Part shown: positions 13,617-25,488 of the stretch, one piece after another
Position numbering within the stretch: the stretch's first letter is position 1
How the letters are laid out: every line of letters starts with the position of its first letter
DNA from: Eledone cirrhosa
Taxonomy: Eukaryota
NCBI GenBank assembly: GCA_964016885.1
Contig: OZ024746.1
Coordinates: 46,190,001 to 46,254,000, forward strand
DNA: 64,000 nt
Direction: 5' to 3'
Notes under the pieces: model-generated
The model's database searches: none
The model's input: only the letters and a program-made list of their open reading frames with translations
What the model was told of the DNA's origin: nothing
Made by a program: the position numbers and the translations under genes

Positions 13617-14285
13617 CTGAATCTATACAGTTCTCTTTTGTTTTGAAACAAGGATCTGGGTAAATTTTTAATCCATTTGGCCAGAATATTCCTTGGATAA
13701 CATTCAGTACCAGTTTATATTTTGTGCCATAAGGGCTCAACTGTAGAACAAGTTCAAATTCTTGTGATGAAGGATTAAAATCATATAATTTGTATTCAAA
13801 GTGTACTAGATTTTCTTTACCCAGTAATATCCAGCCAGCAGGTGATCGGAATGCTATCTGTTGTAGAGATTTTTTCAATGTCTCTGTGCTGGGACAAGAG
13901 AAACTGTTGTTATTTGTGTAAAGCAACATTTGAAGCACATCCCTGATAATGGAAGTATAATGTAAATTGTGTGTGACTTGTTTATTTTCTACAAAATACC
14001 TACTGACATTCAAATCAACAACAGAACTTGTATAGTTAAATGGAAGTTCTGAAAGGAATGAAACTTGTAAAACAAAAGCATGTTCAAGTACTTTGTGAAT
14101 GGTTGCCATGTGCTGTGGTTGGCCTTTTGAAGTCTGATGTATAATTCTTTCTACATATTCTTGAACTGTCTGGTACGGAGATGGATTGAACATGATTACT
14201 GCATGGTGTTTCTCAATAATCCCAATATTTTGGTTTTGAAAAAGCAAATGATGGCTGTCTTCTTCTCCCATGCAGAGTAAAATTC
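13617..14285 (-). CDS. Internal exon of a probable receptor (membrane) guanylyl cyclase or NPR-like protein: C-terminal part of the ANF-receptor ectodomain up to the juxtamembrane Cys pair
   Basis: Acceptor ctctcttctttctttctttacttttAG|GA at 14285; donor TCAG|GTAAGA at 13617. The 669 nt are stop-free, phase 1/1: (G/R)ILLCMGEEDSHHLL...IAFRSPAGWILLG...EYKLYDFNPSSQEFELV...IFWPNGLKIYPDPCFKTKENCIDS. The Y-x-L-x-D and I-x-WP-x-G...P-C-F...C pattern fits receptor GC ectodomain ends. Flanking exons were not identified. Confidence 0.72.
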
Positions 14286-14580
14286 CTAAAAGTAAAGAAA
14301 GAAAGAAGAGAGAGACAGATCAGAAATCAATTACAAAGTGTCTCAAGGCATTTTAGTCAATAATTTAAAACTTGAAATGATGTAATCATTGATGGAATCT
14401 AATATTGACTTTAGTGTAATGATTAGCAAGATAACATGTAGCCATGGTAATTAGCATTACTCAATACTGTTAAGTAGTTGTTCCAATGATTTTTAATTAT
14501 ATTCGCATACAAAATGTCATCATACAATTCAAACCTGGTATTAAATATTATATATACCAGTTCTCTACACAGTATCTACA

Positions 14581-14761
14581 TAATTGTTTCCACTTTTGGC
14601 ACAAGGCCATCAATTACCCAGTACATTACTGGTACTTTATTTTATAGACCCTGTAAGGATGAAAGGCAAAGTTAACCTCGGCGGGATTTGAACTCAGACC
14701 GTAAAGAGACGTATCTATGCTGGAAAGCATGGCGTCCGACCCTCTACCAATACTGCCAATC
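14581..14761 (-). mobile_element. tRNA-derived SINE (family A), 11-bp TSD
   Basis: Reverse match to 4399-4580; TSD atctacataat at 14574-14584 and 14762-14772. Confidence 0.9.
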
Positions 14762-14950
14762 ATCTACATAATAAAACTTATTTTATAAATACTTAACTTA
14801 TCTTAGAACTTAATAAAATAACTATGAGACAACTTATTAAAGCAAATGTTACCTAATGTTAATGCTTTTATAGATTTCATACACACTTCTCCCACAATGG
14901 GATAATGCATCTGTTGCACATCAGAACTTGAATCCTAAAAAAAAGTTTAA

Positions 14951-15131
14951 CCCTTTAACATTTACATTACTCTATATTTACTATTGTATTTTTATGGTAA
15001 ACACTTTACCTCACATAATATCGATTCTATCAGATTTTGATATTATTTATTTTGGGAACAATAACTTAACATCAGTTATGGCCAGTTTGAACAGAAAGAG
15101 GTGAGATACAGCTGGTTTAAATGCTAAAGGG
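14951..15131. mobile_element. piggyBac-type MITE
   Basis: TTAA TSD at 14947-14950 and 15132-15135; TIRs CCCTTTAACATTTA / TAAATGCTAAAGGG (13/14 match). Confidence 0.8.
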
Positions 15132-15259
15132 TTAAAGATGATCATGAATGAGATTTTGGAGTCCTTTAGTCTATGTGGAAAAGTGCCTGATGTTGAAAAG
15201 CTTTCCAGAGGAGTGATACCTAATGAAGTTCCCTTCCTAACAGTCCCTAACAGTCCCTA

Positions 15260-15550
15260 AAGGCATCAATGAAAACCACAGAGAAATATAGAGAGAAAAG
15301 AGTAGGGACCATGAGATCACCCTTCTCAACACTATTTTTAACATTCACTAGCTCTGAAATAATACCATTAATATTTGCCTAAGCCTCCATGACAACATGA
15401 AAGGATTTCATTATTTTAACAAAATGTTCTGGGTATCCTAACCTGACAAGGATCTCCTACAGAGCAACTCCATACACTGACCAAAGGCTTCTATTAAATC
15501 CATAAATACCGGATACAAGTTTTATTGTTGTTCATAACGCTTTCACAGAA
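15260..15550 (-). pseudogene. Degenerate non-LTR (RTE-like) reverse transcriptase fragment
   Basis: YPVFMDLIEAF...ILVRLGYPEHFVKIMKSFH...VKNSVEKGDLMVPTLFSLYF, i.e. decayed D-x-x-KAFD and GV-x-QG...P-x-LF motifs. Confidence 0.65.
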
Positions 15551-17819
15551 TACTGATCGAATGAAATTTCCATTTATAATATATCATAGTATATTCCCAT
15601 GAGTAGCTGTATGAATTTTATCTATCATTTCAAAAGGAAAGACAATTGCTATGTTAAGATGATCATGAAATAAGAATATACTGTTCTTTCCCCTTCAAAT
15701 CATTAATTGTAAAATAAGCACATGAACCCATCTATTCTAATAACTACACAATAATTCTACATAACTGCATGATTAATTCCGATATAAATATAGATTTATA
15801 CATTATCTATGGAAAGAATGCATGGTTCTGTTTGGATAAGTCCCAAATAGATTGAAATCACATTACTTGTCAAACCTAACTACTTTCTGTAGGAGTTTTA
15901 TCTCTGAAATTATTATTAAGCAAGACTACATGCATATTCTTATATGAAATTTGTTACAGAATTTTGTTTTTCTAAATACATAAAAGATGTCAATGGGCAC
16001 ATAAAATGCTCAATAATATGAGAAATTAATTCACAGTTTATGAGTTATGTGTCATAAGATGAAAGGAAAGTTCATTAAAAGAGGACGGATATTACTACTT
16101 TCTAACACTAAGGGAGATGTTATATAGTCACATGGGCATACACAATTCTTAGCTTACTGGGAATACATAATTCCATCTGATTTAAGGTCTGTGCAAGCGT
16201 AATACAATATGATTTAAGCCTTAAATATTAAGATATATTCCACAACAATGACAAAATATACACAGTAAGAAACATAATAAAATATTCAATTAACTACTTC
16301 TGTGGTATACGTCTCAGTAAGATACATTTAAGTTCTGTTCCTATGTATGGAGTGGTGATGGTATTACATAGACAAATTTCATAGATTGCATAAAAAAAAC
16401 ATTTGATTGGTTGCTAATGATCCATTCTCCAGCATACTAGGCTTGTTAGTTTATAGACAAACACTTTCTTTTCTTCTTTCATTTCTACTATGGCATCTGC
16501 TTTCCTGTTATTTCCACTATTTTTCATGCCCCAGATCCTGCACTATAAATTTTGCTCACTATCCTCTGCAGGACTGCAACTCTCAGAAATTTCTTTTTTT
16601 ACTTCACCTTTCCAGCAAACATTGACTGACAAATGTTCAAGCTGAACATCAGCCATATCAATCTCTCTAGTTTGGAAGGACATGAAAAATCATGGAGACT
16701 AACTCTTCTTCATTTGACTAACTTGGGAAAAAGAAACAACACTAAACATATCCTTATTATTTTAACTGACTTAGAAACCTGCAAGAAATATAAAACAGAA
16801 ATATTGTAGGTGATTTTTATTCCTTCTATGTTTTTCTTTTCAGAAGAATTACATTTTATAATCAGCCAATAGTTTCCTGATCTTTAATCATGCATAGAAA
16901 TATTATACCACAGATTAGATAGAAACTTGAGCAAATTATCTTTCACAAGCAACTATATAATTGAAGAAAACAATCTCTGTATGAATTAAACTAACACACC
17001 ATGAATAAAATCAGTATTGCATGAACTAAACCAGATAGAACGAACATATTAGTAGTCAATTTCTATGAAACATATTAAGCGAGCCTTGAATCCAAACATA
17101 ATGTGACACAATATTGCTAATGTTTATACTGTCCATCTTATTTTGAAGAGTAATTTATAAATTTCTATTGACTTTAGAGTGATTCAGAACACTCTAATTG
17201 TCAAAAGATAATTCCTTCTGCTTGGGGAATTTATTAATCAGAGCTGCAATTGTACAAAAAGTGCTTTTTGTTTTAACTGGTGAAATTTCAACCTTTTTTA
17301 TATAGATTTTTAAACCTGCCTTTTTCCTGATTATATAGATTAAAGAATTCTTCTGAATTTTAACACCATACTGGAATTTACAGGATTTTAATAGATTAAT
17401 TGGGCTACAGAATGTGGTAACAAAAAAAACAAAAAAAAAAATCAACAAGGCATAAAAGTTTTAAATTAGTGAATATTTCTTAAAAGTCATTGTGAAGAGA
17501 GTGGCTGTTAAAATGCTTAGTAGTATTTTGTAAGAATCTGTATGATCTGAGCTCAAATCCTGCCATAATTGAATTTGAATCTTTTAGGGTTGATCAAGTC
17601 AAGATAAGTATTAGAATCATTTGAATTGACTTGATCTGACCTCCATGATGTGTAGCTATGTTCCCATTTATAAAATTATTATTGGACTGTTTATCATGAC
17701 CAGCTTTGATGTTGCTTTTGGCTAGATATTTTATAAATACTGGGCTACAACTAGTAGCCTAGGGTAACTCAAACTTTTCATATGCTTCCTTATCATTTAT
17801 CTTCTGCTGTTAATCCAGA

Positions 17820-18340
17820 ACCTTGTTCAATATTCAAGCTGTTCCCAGTAGGCATGTTTCTGGAACGCTTCAATCCCTGGTGCAAAGTCTATCATCGACT
17901 AGTAGTTCTCAAGCTTCTTTGACACCATGCCAAGAGCACCAATCGCCACAGTGATAATGATGATTATCTTCACTTCATTACTCCAGCATTTCAAGAACTC
18001 ATATTTTAGGTATGTATAAGACCCTACTTCCATATATTTTTTATTCAATTCTGGTGTTAAAAGGACACACTACATCTATGAGGGTACAGTTTCTATCCTT
18101 TTTCTCAATTATGACAATATCTTGTTTGTTGTCTTCAATCTTTATCATGGTCTGAATTGGGATATCACATAAGAGCTTTAACTCAGCATTCTCTAACACT
18201 TTTATTTCATTTGTGATACCATGTGCACAGCTTTTGTCTGCACATGGAAATCCATAATTTTTACACTAGCTCCAGTGCAAGATGGTAGCCACCTTATGTC
18301 AGCCATCTTATCTTGAGTTAACTAGTTACACTCTGAAACA
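17820..18340 (-). pseudogene. C-terminal restriction-like endonuclease region of an R4/Dong-like non-LTR element
   Basis: KVATILHW...DIPIQT...NKQDIVIIEKKDRNCTLIDV...LKYEFLKCWS...ITVAIGALGMVSKKLE, with stops and frameshifts. Confidence 0.6.
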
Positions 18341-18762
18341 GTATGATTAACTGTTTGAGCTTTCTCTTTATAAAGTTTGCATTCAGCTTGAACATCTTTC
18401 ATGTCTGTTTTCACAGTTCTTTCATTTCATTCATAAGGTTGTCTTTCTTTAACCATAATCAAGTATTTTTGTCATCGCAGGTTTCTTGTTTCATTAAGGA
18501 ATGCTTGAATGAAGGGGTATTTCATCCGATACTTCTTTACACTCTTCAGCAATCTCAGTCTTTGTGTTTTCTGGGTTTCCATTTTTCTCAAATAAGCCTT
18601 CTCTGACAACCTCAAATTTTGTCATGAGAAAGAGATATTGAGGAAGGAACAACCCCAGTACAGGACCTCTGAACTCAAAAGGATGAAAGCAAAGACTACC
18701 TTGGTAGATTTGAACTCAAGAGTACAAGAAGCTGGTATGAAATCTGCAAAGCATTATGACAG

Positions 18763-18946
18763 GGCGGTGGATTGGCAGTATCGGTAGAGGGTCGGACGCC
18801 ATGCTTTCCAGCATAGTTACGTCCCTTTATGATCTGAGTTCAAATCCCGCCGAGGTTGACTTTGCCTTTCATCCTTACGGGGTCGATAAAATAAAGTACC
18901 AGTAATGCACTGGATAATTGCTGGCCTTGTGCCTAAAGTAGAAACA
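18763..18946 (+). mobile_element. tRNA-derived SINE (family A), full length, 10-bp TSD, inserted into an older SINE
   Basis: GGCGGTGGATTGGCAGTATCGGTAGA...GAGTTCAAATCC; TSD attatgacag at 18753-18762 and 18947-18956. Confidence 0.92.
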
Positions 18947-19064
18947 ATTATGACAGCTTTGCTAATTTACCACCTGACTGTAAATTAAGTACAAGAAAGT
19001 AATGAGGTAGATAATGTCAACTTCATTCTCCCCCTAAATTTGTGGGCTTGGGTTTATTTTGAAA

Positions 19065-19110
19065 TTGTTTATATGCATTCTATTATAAATAATAGAATGC
19101 ATATAAACAA
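19065..19110. repeat. Perfect inverted repeat (22-bp arms, 2-nt spacer)
   Basis: ttgtttatatgcattctattat-aa-ataatagaatgcatataaacaa. Confidence 0.9.
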
Positions 19111-21334
19111 AGAAATATATACATTAGCCTATCCAAAATGATTGTCGGAAACTTCCTTTATTTTGGATAAAAAATACATATATTAACGTTAACAGACATT
19201 TAATGTATAAGATATAATGGTTAGTGTTATGTGAATCTTACTTAAATATAAATTGAATATGTCAACAATCACTGAAGGACAATTTAGCGATGTAAGAAAC
19301 TCTCTCAGTTCCTTCTAAATATTTTAAACTCTTTACAAGATCTTTGGAGTTTGGTTAAACACAATGTTTTAGTAAGAAAAGAAAATGTTAATAAGGTAGG
19401 AAAAAGAAATCCTAACAATTGTCTAAATACAAGCTATTTAGGAAAAGAATATTTGTACAAGAAGTGAAATCAATATTGGTATATTACCATCTATTTAGAT
19501 CAGTTAAAGATTTATCCGATTAATGATTGCTTTAAGCTACTTCTAGAAATTGCGATGCACTGAATTTAGGAACATAAATATTGAATTTCTAGCTTCTAAC
19601 TTGGACATATACTATGTTGAATTATAGATTCATATCTATACACACATGTAAAATATTCACACAGTGTGTTATATATTGGAGCTTACAGTGGAAAGTCAAA
19701 CATACAATAATACATGAAATTTTACATCATTCACCTTTAACTGAAATTGGATATTAAAGGCTGTAAAATATGGTTTAGTTAAAGAACAGCCTACCAACAG
19801 ATAAAGAATAGATGTTTGACTAATATGGACACAAATAATGAGTTAGATGGAGTTCAAAAGTCAAAGAATAGCATACATTCAATCTGCATGAGAGTTTAAT
19901 TATACTATCAATAATAATTGGTTTGAGACTATTGGAATTTCCAATTTGATGTTACAGCTTGCAATAAGTGAATTAGTTTAGAGATAGTACACATACACTA
20001 GCTCACCCACAAACAGTTATCTAGAAACACCTACATGGACTATTACACCCACACACATGTATATATATGTTAAAAAATGGAATGATTAATAAAAATAATT
20101 TTCATAACATCCTTTAAGCTCCTTTCATTAATTAATAGTTTAATCTGAACATTTTATGTTACTGTAAATTAATATAAATGATCATGAGATAGTAATATTC
20201 ATGACGATCAGTATTGATGATGACAATGGCTATGATGGTAATGATGATGGTGGAGATGGTGAACGTAGTAATGATGCCAATTCTGATAATATTATGTTGA
20301 CAACAATGACAATGAAAGATTCCTATAAAGGCAACCATATCACGAAAGGAAATATAAATATATCTAAAAAAAAGTTAATTGCATCAAAAGTAAAAATAAT
20401 TTAACATAAAAGTATGAATGGATGTGCATGTGTCTTCATGTGTGTGATTAACTTTCATAAAAAAAACATTATTCTTAAAGAAAAATCCCACTTGTTAATT
20501 TTCAATACAAACGCCGACATTTTATTTTGAATGCTAAATTTAGGCTGATAAGTCTTTGGAAATCTGCCAAAATAAGTTTGCTTTAACATGAGTCATAGCT
20601 TTATAAATAGATTTCTACATTTAAGCATACTCGATAAAGATTATAGTTTATACCCTAGGTAGATGGCACTTCAAACACATGTATTTCTAAAAAGAAAAAA
20701 GAAAAAAAAAGGAGAACAGAAAATAATATTGATTTCTACAACAGTTACAAGACCAGACATTATAGTTGATAAAATCGCCTCCACTACTTGAATGATACTT
20801 TATTTTGCTGAACTAAAATGAAGGGAAGCATGGTTGAACTCAGCAGGATTTGTACTCAGAATCTAAAGGGATGTAACTAAATACTTCCAGGCATTATCTT
20901 TGTCTGTCTACTAATTCTGCAATCAAATAATATAATACACTTCCATGCTTCCCGATATTCCCCTTCCATACGCATGTGTGTGTGTCTGTGTGTATATCAT
21001 GGCACATACACTGTTCACTTTCCTGACATTTGTACATTATTCTATGTACTATACATGCACACTTGATGAGTTGTAACATACCTAAGCACTGTATACAATA
21101 ATTTTATTTACTATTCTGATATTCTAAACAAAACTACATTCATGCATGTAAACATGCATGCACACATACACATAAGCACACATGTACACATGAATGAACA
21201 GAGACACGTGTGGTCATGTTGTTAAGAAGTTTGCACCAAAAACAGATAGTTTCATATTCAATCACTTAGTTGGGCAAGTGTCTTCAAATATAGTTGGGAC
21301 AAATGAAACTTTGTGAGTGAAATTTAGGAGAGAG

Positions 21335-22087
21335 AAACTCAGACTAGAGAGGAACGAAGCTTGCATGCTCCGCTGGATGTGTAATAGTAATATACGTGAA
21401 TGGCAAAGCATAAATGAACTAAAGAAAAAATTAGAAATAAGAGGGATCAGATGTTGTTTACTCGAGAGAAGGCTACGTTGGTATGGACACGTGATGCGCA
21501 TGAAAGTCGATAGCTGTATAACAAAGTGCAGGGCAATAAAGATAGACGGTAGCCACGGAATAGGCAGACCTAGAAAAACCTGGGACGAGCTGATAAACTC
21601 CGACCTCACACACTTACACCTCTCCAAGACAATGTCACTGGACCGAGACCTTTGGTGGTACTCAGTAATAGAGAAGACCCGCCTTACCTAAATACATAGT
21701 AAAACCTACTACAGTCAGTAGGCATCCCTAACAAAATACACCCCCGTCCCACCACCCCCACCCCATCCACACCGCCCCCTTCTATGTAAAGTTATGTTGG
21801 TGCCACACCATCCAGGCTGAAACAAATGAGATCGTGTAGGTGTCACGACAAAAAAAACACACAGTCCACGCTGTAATGTGGCCATGTCGGCAACACGGTA
21901 AAAACCTCCCAGACCCACATTGTAAATGTGGTTGGTGTTAGGAAGGGCATCCAACTGTAGTAAACCTGCCAGACAGTCCTATGCGAGCAAGACAATCACT
22001 CTTGCCTCAAGTGGGAAAACCCCCGTCCAAACCCATGCAAGCGTGGAACACGGACGTTTAAACATTGATGATGATGATGATGATGAT
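21335..22087 (+). mobile_element. 5'-truncated RTE-clade LINE (ORF C-terminus, 3' UTR, (GAT)n tail)
   Basis: RLERNEACMLRWMC...RRLRWYGHVMRM...GRPRKTWDELINSDL (to 21691); 3' UTR ends ggacgtttaaacattgatgatgatg. Confidence 0.85.
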
Positions 22088-23600
22088 AGGACCGTTTCTG
22101 GCTGGTTTTCTACGTTAGGAAGGGCATACAAATGGGACAAACCTGTCTAACCCATTCTAGCACGGAAGATAGACGTTAAATGATGATGATGATGATGATA
22201 TATATTGATGATTTCTAAAGAATGAAACAGTTCTAGTCCTGTAGAATCTCATCTATATTAAAACTATATATATATAGAGAGAGAGATAGTAATAAGGTAA
22301 AGTATAATATAGTTAGGAGATTATATATATAGCATCATCATTATTTTTACCACTCCAGTTCTGGAGTTGCTTTTCTGTCATCCCCGCATCTCTCCTCCTC
22401 TATGGTTAAGTCAGACTTAGAGAATGTTGTTAGGGCATCAGACTTATTAGTGGTATTCCTTCCAATTCTTGAAACTCAAATTCTGCTGAGGTCACCATTG
22501 ATTTTCATCCTTTTGGGATGGATAAATAAAATTCCAATCATCTACTAGACTATTTTATTTTTTTGTATCCATGTCTATTATTCTCTCTTTATCTCTTTCT
22601 TCTATTTCTTTCTTCTAAGCTGTGCTTAGACATGTTAGATTATCAGAATTCTTTGTAGTATTCCTTCCAATTCTTGAAAATCAAATTCTGTTGAGATCAA
22701 TATTGACTTCCATCCTTTTAGGGTTAATAAATAAAGTACCAATATAGTACTAGCTGTCCAACATATGTGATCATGGAAAGCAGGCATAAAAAGATATTGA
22801 TATCCTTCTAGAAAGGAGAGTTGTTTGGGTCATCAAGTAGAAAGTCTGTACTTAATCAATGCTATAAATCTTACATCTGTCAAGAGTTGCATCCTGCTTA
22901 CATTTAGTGAGTGTAGTACATGCATGTTATCATGGCACCAGCTCGCGGCTGAGCAGTTAGAGAATTGGATTTACAATCGTGAGGTTGTGAATTCGATTCC
23001 TGGACCTGGTCATGCATTATGTCCTTGGGCAAGACACTTTATTTCACGTTGCTCCTTCTACCTGGAGTTGCAACCGATAAATAGTATTAGCAATTGGAAA
23101 GACCAAATGAAACATCGTTTCCTCGGTCCGATTTGACGAAAAGTTGATCGACTGTCGATATATATAAAGATAAAGAGAGAAAAAGAAAGATAAAATGAAA
23201 GAAAGAAAGGACAAATGATACATTGATAGAGAAACAACTAGAAATAACATGATAAGACTGAAAGAGGAGTGAAAGAAAGAATAATTGCTTTAATATTTGT
23301 GTGTTTAACCTTTCTAGTTACTTTTTATGTCTCAAGCTTAACATTTTAATATATTTTGGGGAACTTTCCCTTGAGTTTATCATCTAAATATATATATTTA
23401 ACTCGATGAATATAAAACCACTAGTATATGAAATGCTGCACACGTTTTTAAATACATTGTTTTATCACTAGCAAACATTCAGTTTGAATTCAATTATAAT
23501 TCACTGGAACGCATGTCATATACCAATTATAATCATATATTGAATTATTTCCACTTTTCTCTGAGCTTATGTAACATATACATATGTACATATACATATG

Positions 23601-23639
<39 letters not shown>

Positions 23640-23645
<6 letters not shown>

Positions 23646-24300
23646 GAAACAAAGCTTGCATGCTCTGATGAATGTGTAATAGTAATATATGTTAACAGCA
23701 AAGCATAAACGAATTGAGAGAGAGACTGAGCACAAGAGGAATCAGATGCTGTGTGCAGGAGAGGGGGTTGCATTGGTATGGACATGTGATGCGTATGAAG
23801 GATGACAGCTGCATAAAAAGGTGCAGAGCACTAGAAGTCGAAGGAAGCCGTGGAGTGAGAAGACCCAAGAAGACCTGGGATGACGTGATAAAAGACGACC
23901 TTACCCAATTACACCTCTCTAGGGCGATGACACACGACATGATTTCTGTCATCACGCAGTAATACAGAAGACCTGACTTCCCACGAGTACAAGCCGAAGC
24001 TGAAGCATATAGACAATATGCCCCCACCCCTCCCACTGCAAAATGGTCATAGAAGTGCCACGGCAAAAAAGCACCCAGCCCACACTAAAGTGGTCGTGTA
24101 GGTGCCACGGAAAAAAAAAGCATGCAGCAATGACTGTAAATGAGGTTGGTATTAGGAAGGGCATCCAGCGGTAGAGATCAAGCCACAATCAGTTCCTGTA
24201 TGAGCAAGACAAGGTCAGCCGACTGGACACTGCTCACAACAGGACAACCCGTCTAACCCATGCTAGCGTGGAAGAATGGACGTAAAACGCTGATGATGAT
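23640..24300 (+). mobile_element. 5'-truncated RTE-clade LINE, same family as 21335-22087
   Basis: GLHWYGHVMRMKDDSCIKRC...RPKKTWDDVIKDDL; same 3' tail; starts in (TA)n. Confidence 0.85.
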
Positions 24301-24316
24301 ATTGGTGATATCATAC

Positions 24317-24357
<41 letters not shown>

Positions 24358-24373
24358 CATGTGTATATATATA

Positions 24374-24407
<34 letters not shown>

Positions 24408-24689
24408 TAAATCATGTCTTTAGAATCATCAGATATTAAAATATATACTATTTCTTCTTCTAATTAGCATAATTAACCATATACAAAATCAATCCTAGCA
24501 AGCTATAAGAATAAATTCTCTTATGGGGAAATCTCAGACAAATAACTGAACGTAGCCTCTTCGCGGCGGCCCCGTTCTAGTATTTATCCAACATTTCGAC
24601 AGCATGTAGAAACTGACGAAACATACCATCAACCATACACAATTAGTTGTAAAATTAAACTTAGAAGAAATGTGCACATACCGTAATTA

Positions 24690-24767
24690 TATCTCTACCA
24701 TGGTTTCTTCCTTATTTTGGACATCCAAATAATAGGAATGTCCTGAGCTAGGATTCATCAGGAGACA
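24690..24767 (-). ncRNA. Type I hammerhead ribozyme motif (minimal palindromic stem III, long stem II)
   Basis: UGUCUC-CUGAUGA-AUCCU...GGACAU..AUGUCC...AGGAA-GAAA-CCAUGG-UA-GAGAUA. Stem I 6 bp, intact CUGANGA/GAAA core, GUA triplet, predicted cleavage 3' of 24696. Confidence 0.7.
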
Positions 24768-25410
24768 AACTCAAAATCAGACATCTAGTTTTTCAATCCG
24801 ATCCCGCCAAAATTAGATTCAAAAATGGCTAGAAATCGCTATGTAGCTGTGTTCCAGCCAGAGAGAAAGAATGTGATTGGTTGCTTACGGCGGGTAGGCT
24901 TGCTGCTAGAAAGCGCAGTCAAATATCGCCAAATTTAATCTCAACCTATTGGGAGATTATTTGTTCGGTTATTTGTCTGAGATTTCCCCATGAGAGAATT
25001 TATTCTTATAGCTTGCTAGGATTGATTTTGTATATGGTTAATTATGCTAATTAGAAGAAGAAATAGTATATATTTTAATATCTGATGATTCTAAAGACAT
25101 GATTTATGATATAATGCTCTGATTTTTTGATTTTAATTTATTAATTCTTCATAGAGCTTAAAAGTGAACAGTTGCAACATATATATATCTTTATGTATAT
25201 GATAACCTTTATATTTAATAATCTCCCAATAGGTTGAGATTAAATTTGGCCATATTTGGCTGCGCTTTCTAGCAGCAAGCCTACCTGCCGTAAGCAATCA
25301 ATCACATTCTTTCTCTCTGGCTGGAACACAGCTACATAGCGATTTTTAGCCATTTTTTAATCTAATTTTGGCGGGATCGGATTGAAAAACTAGATGTCTG
25401 ATTTTGAGTT

Positions 25411-25488
25411 TGTCTCCTGATGAATCCTAGCTCAGGACATTCCTATTATTTGGATGTCCAAAATAAGGAAGAAACCATGGCAGAGATA
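25411..25488 (+). ncRNA. Second copy of the hammerhead motif, with a U16.1-to-C substitution
   Basis: tgtctc-ctgatga-atcct...aggaa-gaaa-ccatgg-Ca-gagata; C at 25481 replaces the invariant U. Confidence 0.6.

Noticed and set aside
16400-16780. Minus-strand exon after the acceptor ttcttgcAG at ~16779
   Set aside because: Stops in all frames and no convincing donor; possibly a decayed transposase fragment.
18763-18850. tRNA gene
   Set aside because: A and B boxes are present but it is the head of a multi-copy SINE with TSDs; no full cloverleaf.
19242-19314. Candidate upstream exon KELREFLTSLNCPSVIVDIFNLYL, phase-compatible with the 14285 acceptor
   Set aside because: Weak acceptor and no recognisable family similarity; cannot be supported without RNA data.
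24548-24581. GCC-TC(C/T)TCGC-GGC resembles P3/L3 of an HDV-like ribozyme
   Set aside because: No matching 7-bp P1, no GG for P1.1, and no P4 or catalytic C with distal P2; it folds better as a simple GNRA hairpin on the other strand.
24548-24581. Hairpin followed by CTAG as a Helitron 3' end
   Set aside because: It lies inside the 664-bp unit, not at a boundary; the ribozyme and partial-tandem layout fit a retro-type element better. Not fully excluded.
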